Virus record (IMG/VR): IMGVR_UViG_2571042346_000003
DNA from: a virus
Length of the DNA stretch: 64,000 bases
Direction: 5' to 3' (one strand)
Shown here: positions 27,324 to 35,862 of the stretch, in pieces
Layout: each line of letters begins with the position of its first letter
How positions within the stretch are numbered: position 1 is the stretch's first letter
Program-made: the position numbers and the translations under genes
The notes under the pieces: model-generated
Seen by the model: the letters and a program-made list of their open reading frames with translations, nothing else
Database searches by the model: none
Told to the model about the DNA's origin: nothing

Positions 27324-27669
27324 CTTGCAGGCCCTCCAGACGGCTCTTGAGCGCGTCGATCACCGTGCGGCGTTTTTCGGTGTCCATGTAGCCTTTGAGG
27401 GTCTCCGGATTGGCCTCCTCGTTGACCCTGGAGATGGCGTCGGTGGCGGAGAGTTTGCTCAGGTCCACCGGTTCCGCGTCCTGGTCGGGTTCTGGAGGGG
27501 CGAGCGGTTCCTGCTTCGGTTTGTCGGCCATGGCCAGGCGGCCATTCTTGAGCGCCGCCTGGATCTGCTTGGTGAGGCGTTCCACCTCGACCACCTGACC
27601 GGGCTTGAGTTTCAGCCCGGCGTCGGGGATCACCAGAACGCCGGGACGGATGTTCTTGATTCGATTCAT
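27310..27669 (-). CDS. Hypothetical head-associated protein, 119 aa
   Basis: Follows the capsid gene. C-terminal helical hairpin E...EKRRTVIDAL. Confidence 0.55.
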   Translation of the reverse strand: MNRIKNIRPGVLVIPDAGLKLKPGQVVEVERLTKQIQAALKNGRLAMADKPKQEPLAPPEPDQDAEPVDLSKLSATDAISRVNEEANPETLKGYMDTEKRRTVIDALKSRLEGLQGAAE

Positions 27670-27688
27670 CTCACGTCACCTCCTAAGA

Positions 27689-28552
27689 TTACGGAACCAG
27701 TTTGACTTTGGCCATGATGTCGGGGCGGGTAATGCCCTGGCCGATCTCGGACCACACCAGCCAGCCGGTCTTGAAGCGGGTCTTCTGGTCGATGGACTCC
27801 GTCTTCAGGTTTTCGCGCACCGGCATCTTCCCGACCTCTTCATCCGGGACGATGATGATCTCGTCCAGCGGCATGGAGGCGGTCAGCAGAATGCCGCCGG
27901 TGCCGTAGTTCTTGATGACACCCTTCTGGCGCAGCTCGAGCTTGGTCTGGGGATCGAGGTTCCAGCCGCGCATGTCGTTGAACCGACGGCCACGCATGAC
28001 GACGTACTTCACCGACAGCTCCAGGTCCTCGATGATCGAGATGGCCTCGTTCAGTGCCTCCTCGGTGAGCAGGTCGCCGGTAACCTCGATGATGTTGGTC
28101 GCCGGGATGGCCGAGGAGAGCACCGAGATGGTGCGGCGATCCATCTCCTTGCGGATGGCGTCGGCGGCGCTGGTCTGGATGTCCATCAGCGTGCCGATGT
28201 TGCCGTTCTTGAGAACGGAAACGTCCACCATCGGGTTGGAGTGGATGCGGTTGGTGGGGAACTCGACCTCGTCCTTGCCCACCTCCTGCTCCTGGGCGTC
28301 GCCGTCCTTGCTGATCCAGTGGGCCTTGACGGTCGGTTTCTTCTGATAGACCGGACGTTCGCCCTTGGGCAGCGTGTGCTTGGTGAGCAGCAGCGAGGAG
28401 ATCTCCTTGCGCTTGATCTCCTGTTCGATGGGCGCGGCGATGGCGGCGGCAAGCGCCCGCATGCCTTCGGGCGACTCGAGAGCCTCGCTCATGAGCCGCG
28501 CCATGGTTTCCATGTATTCCTGGGAATGGATCTTCAACTGATTGGTTTTCAT
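27689..28552 (-). CDS. Major capsid protein (HK97-fold, compact), 287 aa
   Basis: Size, position after scaffold and decoration genes, GWLVWSEIGQGITRPD C-terminus. Confidence 0.75.
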   Translation of the reverse strand: MKTNQLKIHSQEYMETMARLMSEALESPEGMRALAAAIAAPIEQEIKRKEISSLLLTKHTLPKGERPVYQKKPTVKAHWISKDGDAQEQEVGKDEVEFPTNRIHSNPMVDVSVLKNGNIGTLMDIQTSAADAIRKEMDRRTISVLSSAIPATNIIEVTGDLLTEEALNEAISIIEDLELSVKYVVMRGRRFNDMRGWNLDPQTKLELRQKGVIKNYGTGGILLTASMPLDEIIIVPDEEVGKMPVRENLKTESIDQKTRFKTGWLVWSEIGQGITRPDIMAKVKLVP

Positions 28553-28570
28553 GTGCGTTGGCTCCTTGGG

Positions 28571-28933
28571 TTAGACGAGCAGGCGGAATTTGAGGACGCC
28601 GCTCTGTACGGAAATGGCGTGGGCGACGACGTGCTCTCCGGCCGCGACACCGTTGGTCAGGCGACCGCCCGCTGAAACTTTCAGGTCGTCTCCGGCGACG
28701 ACGGTCCCTTCGAAGGCGTCGGTCTCGTAGACACCGCCGTCACAGTAGATGCCGGGCATTTCGCCACCGGCGTAGTCCTTGATCAGGATGCCGAAGGAGC
28801 GCTTGGTGGGATCGGTGTTGACGGCGAACAGGTCGTCGCCGACCACGCGGACCACCTGGCCGAGTTGGCCGTCGCCCTGGATGTGGCCGTCGCCATAGGC
28901 GAGGCTGCGGTGACACGGATTGATGAATGACAT
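28571..28933 (-). CDS. Capsid decoration/cement protein, 120 aa
   Basis: Small Gly-rich beta protein (YETDAF...GDDLKVSAGGRL) directly upstream of the MCP. Confidence 0.6.
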   Translation of the reverse strand: MSFINPCHRSLAYGDGHIQGDGQLGQVVRVVGDDLFAVNTDPTKRSFGILIKDYAGGEMPGIYCDGGVYETDAFEGTVVAGDDLKVSAGGRLTNGVAAGEHVVAHAISVQSGVLKFRLLV

Positions 28934-28945
28934 GGTGTTTCCTCC

Positions 28946-29533
28946 TTATGCGTTGATTTCCGAGTGTTCGGGAGAGTCCTCGCCGACACGGTTGCGGTAA
29001 GCGGCCATGAACCCGTCGCGCAGGCGGTCCTCGAGCGATACCTTGCGGTCGTCCACATCGTGGGGCCGGACACCGGCGTCGCTGCGCAGCGGGGTTTCCG
29101 TCGATGCCTTGGCGGCGGGCTTGCCGCCCTGGTCGCTGTCGGTGGGTTTCTCTTCCTTGTCCTTGTCAGCTTTGGCCGATTTGGGCAGGCGTTCGTAAGC
29201 GGCCTCGGTGGCGGCGAAGGCTTCGTCGGACAGTTCGGCCAGGCGTTTCAGTTCGGCTTCCCGGTCCTCCTCGGAAGCGAAAGAGAGTCCCTGCTTTTCC
29301 AGCCGGGTGAGCAGCTTCTTGGCCCGGGAGCGGCAGGCGACCGCCTTTTGTTCGGCTTCCAGTTCCTGGACTCGTTTCTGCAGCTCGGCCACCTGGGCTT
29401 TGAGCTGCCGGTTTTCCTTTTCCAGGTCGGAAACGCGGGCAGGATCGCCTTCCTGCTGGGCCGGTTTCTTCTTGGCCGCGTCAGATTCAGTCTTGGCGGC
29501 CGGTTCATCGGTAGGTTTGGTTTTGTCTTCCAT
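28946..29533 (-). CDS. Internal in-frame start giving a stand-alone scaffold protein, 195 aa
   Basis: GAAGGAG followed by 8 nt then ATG (MEDKTKPTDE) inside the fusion gene. Confidence 0.6.
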   Translation of the reverse strand: MEDKTKPTDEPAAKTESDAAKKKPAQQEGDPARVSDLEKENRQLKAQVAELQKRVQELEAEQKAVACRSRAKKLLTRLEKQGLSFASEEDREAELKRLAELSDEAFAATEAAYERLPKSAKADKDKEEKPTDSDQGGKPAAKASTETPLRSDAGVRPHDVDDRKVSLEDRLRDGFMAAYRNRVGEDSPEHSEINA

Positions 29534-31354
29534 CGTGAAATCTCCTTCGGGTTGGGATTGGTCGGGCTGGCTCTGAAGGGACGCCACCTGCAGAATCCTG
29601 GCGTTCTCGTCCGCGCCTTTGCGGTCGAGCAGTCCCAGTCCGGTGAAAGTGACGCCGTGCAGAATCTCGAAAACGGGTTGGCCGTTGAAATCACGGCCCT
29701 TGAATTTGCGCAGGTGTGTGCAGTAGTCGGCCTTGTTCTGGAAGCGCTTGTGGCAGACCGAACATTCGCCTTCCTGGTAGTCGCACTCCATGGAGACTTG
29801 GGAGATGATCCCGCGCTTCATCAGCTTGTAGGCCAGCCGGGCGGCCGGGGTGTCGTGGACGTACAGCTCGCCGACGCATTCCACGCGGCCGCCGTTGTCG
29901 TCCTCCAGGTAGTCGGCGGCGACGATGCCACCGACGATGTCGTTGAACTCCTGCGAATGCTGCAGATCGACCTTCTTGTTCACGGCCGTCATGTGCCGAC
30001 CGGACAACTCCTCAGCGGTGAAGTGGTCGCCGTTCTTGTTGGTCCCGGTGCGGCAGAGCACGAAGCTGAACTGAGGGTCGCCCGCCGAGCCGACATCCAT
30101 GGCCTCGGTCGCGAGGCGTTCGCCTTCACCCAGCCGGATGTCCACGGGAATGCTGGTGTGAAAGTTCGCTGCGGCGGCCATCGGAACGGGTTTCTCCTCC
30201 CGCTCGGCGCTGGCCTTGGCCCCGGGAGCGCAGACGAACAGACGCTCCTTGGCATTGGAAGCCTCGCCGTGCTTGGAGGTGATGGCGTAGTGGTGATCCT
30301 TGGACTTCATCCGGCTCTGTTTGCCGAAGGAGCCGATGATCCGCTTCATCTCCTGCTCGTTGGGATAGGCGTGATCGCGGTAGGAGATCAGCCAGTTCGG
30401 GATGTGTTTGGCGTTGCCGAGAAAGGTCTGGAAGAACTCGCTGGCGTTGGCCTTGGTGACGGTCTTGTGGTCGGTCTCGTAGTACTTGACCTTGGTGTCG
30501 GCCTTGATTTCGAGCCCTTCCCAATAGGTCATGAGCCCCTCCACGAAGTGGTAGGCCCGCTCGTAGTTGGTGGTCGAAAACTCGGTGGCGTAAGGCGGGT
30601 CGAAGTAGGCCAGATCCGCCTTGGCTTTCGGCAGCAGGTCGTTGATGTCCTGCCGGTGCGCCTTGTTCTCCTTGTCGTTGTCGAAGACCAGGGCGTTGAT
30701 GCGCTGCAGGTTCTTGCGCAGACGATCCTTGAACTCGTCGGGGGTGTCCTGGCGGCGGCCATAATCGGTGGACGACGAGAAGTGGCCGAAGCCGCCCTTG
30801 CCGCTCATGCAGGTTTTGCCGAGGCCGAACAGGGCGATGTCTTTCTTGAAGCCGGAGAGCTTGTCGCAGTTGGCGCGGATGGTGTCGATCAGCGCATGGA
30901 CGCCCTTGGCGAAGAAAATGCCCTTGAAGTTGTCCTGGACGAAGCTGCCCGCCTTGGCGTTGTCGGCCAGAAGCGCTTCGATCTCGTCCTCGCTCAGGCG
31001 AACCGAGTTGTTCTCGATGATCGCCTTGGCGGCATGGTGGCAGTAGCGGAGCCGGTCGTTGGCGATGACCTGCAGGCCCTTGGTCTTGTACATGTAGGCC
31101 ACGACCGCAGATCCCGAAAAGGCGTCCAGCACCGTGCCAGTGCCTTCCGGGGTATGCTTCCAGATCCAGTCGACGAGCTTCTGCTTACTGCCGATGTAGT
31201 TGGTGATGTACTTGGGGCGCTTCTCGGGAGGGAGCTCTTCAGGAGCGGGCTGTTCGGCGGCCTCGGTCCCGAGCGCATCGGGATCGAGAGTCAGCGCCGC
31301 ATCGGCCTCCAGTAGAAACGCCAGCCTTTCCAGGTCTGTGGCGAACAGTTCCAT
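28946..31354 (-). CDS. Fusion protein: N6-adenine DNA methyltransferase (D12/COG3392-like) + prohead protease with Cys/His cluster + scaffold, 802 aa
   Basis: One uninterrupted ORF. MTase motifs YIGSK, VLDAFSGS, YFDPPY. Protease-like region NKNGD.F...VDLQH...VSMEC...CSVC...YC.HL...EILHGVTFTG. Acidic/basic coiled-coil C-terminus. GGAG RBS before ATG at 31354. Confidence 0.8.
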   Translation of the reverse strand: MELFATDLERLAFLLEADAALTLDPDALGTEAAEQPAPEELPPEKRPKYITNYIGSKQKLVDWIWKHTPEGTGTVLDAFSGSAVVAYMYKTKGLQVIANDRLRYCHHAAKAIIENNSVRLSEDEIEALLADNAKAGSFVQDNFKGIFFAKGVHALIDTIRANCDKLSGFKKDIALFGLGKTCMSGKGGFGHFSSSTDYGRRQDTPDEFKDRLRKNLQRINALVFDNDKENKAHRQDINDLLPKAKADLAYFDPPYATEFSTTNYERAYHFVEGLMTYWEGLEIKADTKVKYYETDHKTVTKANASEFFQTFLGNAKHIPNWLISYRDHAYPNEQEMKRIIGSFGKQSRMKSKDHHYAITSKHGEASNAKERLFVCAPGAKASAEREEKPVPMAAAANFHTSIPVDIRLGEGERLATEAMDVGSAGDPQFSFVLCRTGTNKNGDHFTAEELSGRHMTAVNKKVDLQHSQEFNDIVGGIVAADYLEDDNGGRVECVGELYVHDTPAARLAYKLMKRGIISQVSMECDYQEGECSVCHKRFQNKADYCTHLRKFKGRDFNGQPVFEILHGVTFTGLGLLDRKGADENARILQVASLQSQPDQSQPEGDFTMEDKTKPTDEPAAKTESDAAKKKPAQQEGDPARVSDLEKENRQLKAQVAELQKRVQELEAEQKAVACRSRAKKLLTRLEKQGLSFASEEDREAELKRLAELSDEAFAATEAAYERLPKSAKADKDKEEKPTDSDQGGKPAAKASTETPLRSDAGVRPHDVDDRKVSLEDRLRDGFMAAYRNRVGEDSPEHSEINA

Positions 31355-31410
31355 CAACGTCTCCGGTCAGTTTGCTGTGCTCTCCGCGACCTGCGGGGAG
31401 CGTTCAGCGG

Positions 31411-31441
31411 TTACTTACCGGAAGCGTCGGCGATGTGTCGG
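31411..31441 (-). promoter_or_regulatory. Promoter motif CCGAC-N14-TCCGGTAAGTAA, copy 4
   Basis: Exact motif, about 57 bp upstream of the MTase-protease fusion. Confidence 0.75.
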
Positions 31442-31582
31442 AGGGTGACGGTGAATTTCAGCGGGCGGAGTCCGGCCGGGAATTTCCTGGAAGTCGCCGA
31501 GATTTGGCTTGAAAGTCGGTCTGCTATTCGTTATCTTGTGTTATCATGTTTTATTACGGAATCCAAAGAAGCGGTGACTGAC

Positions 31583-31792
31583 ATGGAACCACAAGACAAA
31601 TGGCTGACTATCGAAGAGCTTTCCGGCTATCTGAAGATGAGCCGCAGCAAGCTCTATCAGATGGCGCAGAAAGGCGAGCTGCCCGGTTCCAAGATCGGAA
31701 CCCAGTGGCGGTTTGATCGGGACGAGGTTGACGACTGGATGAAAAGCCTTCGACAGACGGCACCGCAAAAGGCATCGGCCAACAATGGATAG
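31583..31792 (+). CDS. Excisionase-like HTH protein (possible R-M controller), 69 aa
   Basis: WLTIEELSGYLKMSRSKLYQMAQKGELPGSKIGTQWRF is the HTH_17 pattern. A candidate TTGAAA-N17-TATCTT promoter lies at 31509-31537. Confidence 0.8.
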   Translation: MEPQDKWLTIEELSGYLKMSRSKLYQMAQKGELPGSKIGTQWRFDRDEVDDWMKSLRQTAPQKASANNG

Positions 31793-31813
31793 CCACAATA
31801 AAGAGGGATTCCC

Positions 31814-33553
31814 ATGCCGAGCCTGATACAGCCAACATTATTCGACCTACTTGATGTTCCGGCCTTTCCGAGACCTGCGGCGGTCACGAACGCGATTGAA
31901 ACACTGGCTTCAAACAGTGGCATCGAGGCGCGAGGGGCAATCTTTACGCGCATCGAGGTCGTTGATTTTATTCTCGACCTGGTTGGCTACGTCGCCGATG
32001 AGCCATTGCACCACCTTCGCATTCTGGAGCCCTCTTTTGGCGAAGGCGATTTCCTTCTTCCGATTATTGAACGACTCCTTTCTGCGTGGCGGGAAAATGG
32101 CGGGAATGTTTCTTCCGCTGGCGTTGAATTGGGAGAAGCCATTCGTGGCGTGGAGCTGCACAGGGAAACCTTTGTCTCAACACGCAAGATTGTCGTCAAC
32201 CGCCTTATCAAGGAGGGGATTTCGGCATCCGTGGCTTCAGAGCTCGCCGACCAATGGCTGATTCAGGGGGACTTCCTTCTTGAGCGGCAAAGCGCCCGCT
32301 TTGATTTCGTTGTCGGTAATCCGCCATATGTCCGGCAAGAGCTGATTCCAGCGCCGTTGTTGTCTGAATACCGTCGCCGCTATCAGACGATGTATGACCG
32401 CGCCGACCTCTACATTCCCTTCATCGAACATTCGCTGTCACTTCTCGACAAAGGCGGAACTCTTGGTTTTATCTGCGCCGACCGCTGGATGAAAAACCGC
32501 TATGGCGGTCCATTGCGGGAGTTCATAGCAAGAGGTTTCCATCTCAAAGCCTATGTCGATATGGTGGATACCAACGCCTTTCATTCCGAAGTCAGTGCCT
32601 ATCCCGCGATCACCGTCATTGAGAAGACGAAAGCAGGCGCAACCCGGATTGCCCACAGGCCCAAGATTGAGAAAAAGGCGTTATCTGCTGTTGCCGCAGA
32701 AATCAGGTCTGAAGCCCTGTCCAAAGACTCATCTGTCCGGGAAATGGTTGGAGTGGCAAGTGGTTCGGAACCTTGGCTTTTGGAATCATCGGATCAAATG
32801 TCGCTGATTCGACGTATCGAAAGCCACTTTCCCGCACTAGAACATGCTGGCTGTAAGGTCGGAATTGGTGTGGCCACTGGCGCTGATAAGGCGTTCATCG
32901 GGGATTTCGAATCTCTTGACGTCGAGCCCGACCGAAAACTTCCTCTTGTGGCGACCCGTGACATTCAATCCGGTGAAGTCGTCTGGCAAGGTCAAGGAGT
33001 TATCAATCCGTTCGCAGATGACGGCGGCCTTGTCGATTTGCGGGATTATCCCAAATTGGGCAGCTACCTTGAAGAGCGCAAGGCGGTCATTGCAAAGCGC
33101 CACTGTGCCCAGAAAGCACCGTCAAATTGGTATCGGACGATTGACCGGATATGGCCGGAGCTCACCAGTAAACCAAAGTTGCTGATACCGGATATCAAAG
33201 GCGAGGCTCATATCGTTTTTGAGCCCGGCAAACTCTATCCGCACCACAATCTTTACTATGTAATCTCGGATACCTGGGATTTGCGGGCATTGCAGGCGGT
33301 GTTGCTCTCCAGCATCGCCAAGCTCTTTGTGGCAACCTACTCGACGAAAATGCGCGGAGGCTACTTTCGCTTTCAGGCTCAGTACCTGCGGCGCATCCGT
33401 ATCCCATTCTGGCAGGACGTATCCGAGAATCTCCGGAGGGAATTGATCCATGCCGCGACCTTCCGCGATCTTGACGCCTGTAACAGAGCGGTTTTCAAAC
33501 TTTACAAACTGAACCAAGAAGAACGATCCGCTCTTGGCGGCAATGGAGAATAA
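31814..33553 (+). CDS. Type II N6-adenine methyltransferase, M.PaeR7I/XhoI-like (Eco57I/TaqI gamma class), 579 aa
   Basis: [11 protein letters not shown] and VVGNPPYVR motifs, adjacent to a PaeR7I-like endonuclease. Confidence 0.85.
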   Translation: MPSLIQPTLFDLLDVPAFPRPAAVTNAIETLASNSGIEARGAIFTRIEVVDFILDLVGYVADEPLHHLRILEPSFGEGDFLLPIIERLLSAWRENGGNVSSAGVELGEAIRGVELHRETFVSTRKIVVNRLIKEGISASVASELADQWLIQGDFLLERQSARFDFVVGNPPYVRQELIPAPLLSEYRRRYQTMYDRADLYIPFIEHSLSLLDKGGTLGFICADRWMKNRYGGPLREFIARGFHLKAYVDMVDTNAFHSEVSAYPAITVIEKTKAGATRIAHRPKIEKKALSAVAAEIRSEALSKDSSVREMVGVASGSEPWLLESSDQMSLIRRIESHFPALEHAGCKVGIGVATGADKAFIGDFESLDVEPDRKLPLVATRDIQSGEVVWQGQGVINPFADDGGLVDLRDYPKLGSYLEERKAVIAKRHCAQKAPSNWYRTIDRIWPELTSKPKLLIPDIKGEAHIVFEPGKLYPHHNLYYVISDTWDLRALQAVLLSSIAKLFVATYSTKMRGGYFRFQAQYLRRIRIPFWQDVSENLRRELIHAATFRDLDACNRAVFKLYKLNQEERSALGGNGE

Positions 33554-33555
33554 CA

Positions 33556-34296
33556 ATGGCAATTGATCTTGTGGATTACGAGCGCAAGGCTCATGAAGCT
33601 GTGCAGGCGTTTTGGGGAAACCGGGAAGCCGCCAGGCAGAAGCAAATTGAATCGGGCAAGGCCGACCAGGGCGAACGCGCAGGCGTGACCGCTGGCAAAA
33701 ATATGGATGGGTTCATTGCTTTGATACTCGATATCATTCGAGCCAATGGACTCGCCCATGCCGACATCCATCAGAAACGCGCCGTCCTGACGCTGCCCGG
33801 TTTCTTTCGGCCAACCAAACTCTGGGATCTGCTGGTCATCCACAAGGGTGAACTGATCGCGGCTATCGAACTGAAAAGCCAGGTCGGACCTTCCTTCGGC
33901 AACAACTTCAACAACCGGACGGAAGAGTCCATCGGCACAGCCCATGATTTATGGACAGCATACCGAGAAGGGGCATTCGGCAAACAGCCCCGCCCATTTG
34001 TAGGCTGGCTGATGCTGGTTGAGGACGCGCCCGAATCCCGGTCTCCGGTCAAGGACAACTCGCCTCATTTTCCCGTGTTCGAGGAATTCAAGGGCGCATC
34101 CTATCTCCAGCGGTACGATTTGCTGTGCCAGAAGTTGACTCAGGAACAGCTCTACACAACCGCTTCGGTAATCGCCTCTCCGCGAACAGCCGCTGACAGC
34201 GGTGATTTTTCCTCGTTGTCATCAATGACCAGTCTCAAGACCTTCGTCTCCTCTCTTGCCGGGCACATCGCAGGCGAAGCGGCAAGACTTGAGTAG
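33556..34296 (+). CDS. PaeR7I/XhoI-family type II restriction endonuclease (expected site CTCGAG), 246 aa
   Basis: [26 protein letters not shown]...[16 protein letters not shown] and [20 protein letters not shown] match my recollection of PaeR7I. Confidence 0.85.
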   Translation: MAIDLVDYERKAHEAVQAFWGNREAARQKQIESGKADQGERAGVTAGKNMDGFIALILDIIRANGLAHADIHQKRAVLTLPGFFRPTKLWDLLVIHKGELIAAIELKSQVGPSFGNNFNNRTEESIGTAHDLWTAYREGAFGKQPRPFVGWLMLVEDAPESRSPVKDNSPHFPVFEEFKGASYLQRYDLLCQKLTQEQLYTTASVIASPRTAADSGDFSSLSSMTSLKTFVSSLAGHIAGEAARLE

Positions 34297-34299
34297 TTA

Positions 34300-35862
34300 T
34301 CAGGAACCTGCCTTCACCTGCCGGAGAATCCACTTCCTCAACGTTTCCTCGGTCGCCAGCCGGATCAACGCCTCGACGAGCTGCTGCTTGTTCTTGAGGA
34401 TGCCGATACCGTGCTTCTGTTTGGCCGCCGCGAGTTCCTTGCCCATCAGGCCGCTGTGGTCCACGCCGGGCTCCAGCTTGTCCAGCAGCTCGATGGTCTC
34501 CTGCTTGGTCATGTTGAGGGAGATGCCGTTTTCCTTCGCCATCTCCTTGAGCTGCTGGGCGGTCATGCCCTCCAGCCCCTCGGCGGGAGGGATCTTCGCC
34601 ATCTGGGCGGCGAGCAGCTTGGCCTGTCTGAGTTCCGCCTGCTTCAGTCCCAGCAGCTCGACCAGTTCTTCCTTGGTCCGCAGCAGACCGATCTTGTGTT
34701 CCTTGAGCTTGGCGCTGAGCGCCGCTCCGGCCAGGTCACCGTGATCGATCCCCGGTTCGGCCAGATCGAGCAGCTTGATGAAATCGGCCTTGGTCCGGGC
34801 AATGGCCACGCCGTTCTGTTTCGCCAGGGTCTGGAGCTGTTTGACCGTCAGCGAACCGAGGTCGGCGATGTCGCCGGTTTCAAAGGCGCTCTTGAGCTTG
34901 GCGTTCTCCTTGGCCTGGGCATCGGCCATGCCTTCCAGCACATGGGGCGGTAGAATGCAGGCGTCCCCCTGCGATGCCTGGGCGGCGGCCTTGGTTGCCA
35001 TCTCGCTACCGCAGACGGTCATCGGCCAGGCCACGATGTTGGTACAGCGGCAGTGCGGATGCGCGGGTTGCTGGGGGAACTTGTCGATGGGAAAGGTCTT
35101 GCCGTCCAGGCCGCCGCAGACCGGGCACATGCGCTCATCCTCCATGGCCAGCCATTCCAGTTTCTGGATGCCGACCCGCTCGTGGAATTTGAGCCTGCCC
35201 ATGTTGTGGGCGCGGAGGACCTCGGTGCGGGCGATCATCTCCATGCGGTACTGAGCCTTGTTGAACACCCGGCTTCCGGCCTGGCGAAAGGAGTCCTTGT
35301 CGATGATCACCTTGCCCATATCCCGGACGATGTCGTCGGCTCCCTTGCCCGTGGCGACGCCGTTCAGGATGGTGCGCTTGATGCCGTCTGCGAGTTCGCG
35401 GTGAACGTCACCGGCGAGTGTGAGGTTGTACTGCGCCATGAAGTCGAGAGCATTGGTGTCGACGATGGTGAACACCTTGGTGGCCAGCTTGTCGATGCCT
35501 TCGGGTTTGAGGTCGGCGTAGAACGGCAGCGCCGCGTCGGCGAGTTCGCCGATTCCCTGCTGGATGCCGAGCTTGAAGGAGTCCTTGGTTGTCTTGCGAA
35601 AGACCAGGGTCTGCTCCCGCTTGAGCCGCTTCATGGTGTCGTCGAGTTCGAGCTGGAGCTTTTCCAGCCCTTTGAGGGCGGCGAGCTTGTTGTCCGGCAG
35701 GGAGCCGAGGGAGCGGTACTGGAGAATGGCGCGGGCGACCTCGTCTTCGGCCTGTTTCAGTGCCTGGGTGAGTTGGGCCGTGACCTGGTCGTTGTAGCGG
35801 TTGCGGGCCGTCAGGCTTTTCAGGGTGGCCGCCTGGATGCGCTGCTTGAGGTCCGACGGCAT
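34300..35862 (-). CDS. MuF/SPP1 gp7-like minor head protein with a C-terminal extension of duplicated HeH/SAP-like motifs, 520 aa
   Basis: IARTEVLRAHN...DERMCPVCGGLDG...PAHPHCRC MuF motif, followed by two roughly 70-aa repeats. Confidence 0.85.
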   Translation of the reverse strand: MPSDLKQRIQAATLKSLTARNRYNDQVTAQLTQALKQAEDEVARAILQYRSLGSLPDNKLAALKGLEKLQLELDDTMKRLKREQTLVFRKTTKDSFKLGIQQGIGELADAALPFYADLKPEGIDKLATKVFTIVDTNALDFMAQYNLTLAGDVHRELADGIKRTILNGVATGKGADDIVRDMGKVIIDKDSFRQAGSRVFNKAQYRMEMIARTEVLRAHNMGRLKFHERVGIQKLEWLAMEDERMCPVCGGLDGKTFPIDKFPQQPAHPHCRCTNIVAWPMTVCGSEMATKAAAQASQGDACILPPHVLEGMADAQAKENAKLKSAFETGDIADLGSLTVKQLQTLAKQNGVAIARTKADFIKLLDLAEPGIDHGDLAGAALSAKLKEHKIGLLRTKEELVELLGLKQAELRQAKLLAAQMAKIPPAEGLEGMTAQQLKEMAKENGISLNMTKQETIELLDKLEPGVDHSGLMGKELAAAKQKHGIGILKNKQQLVEALIRLATEETLRKWILRQVKAGS

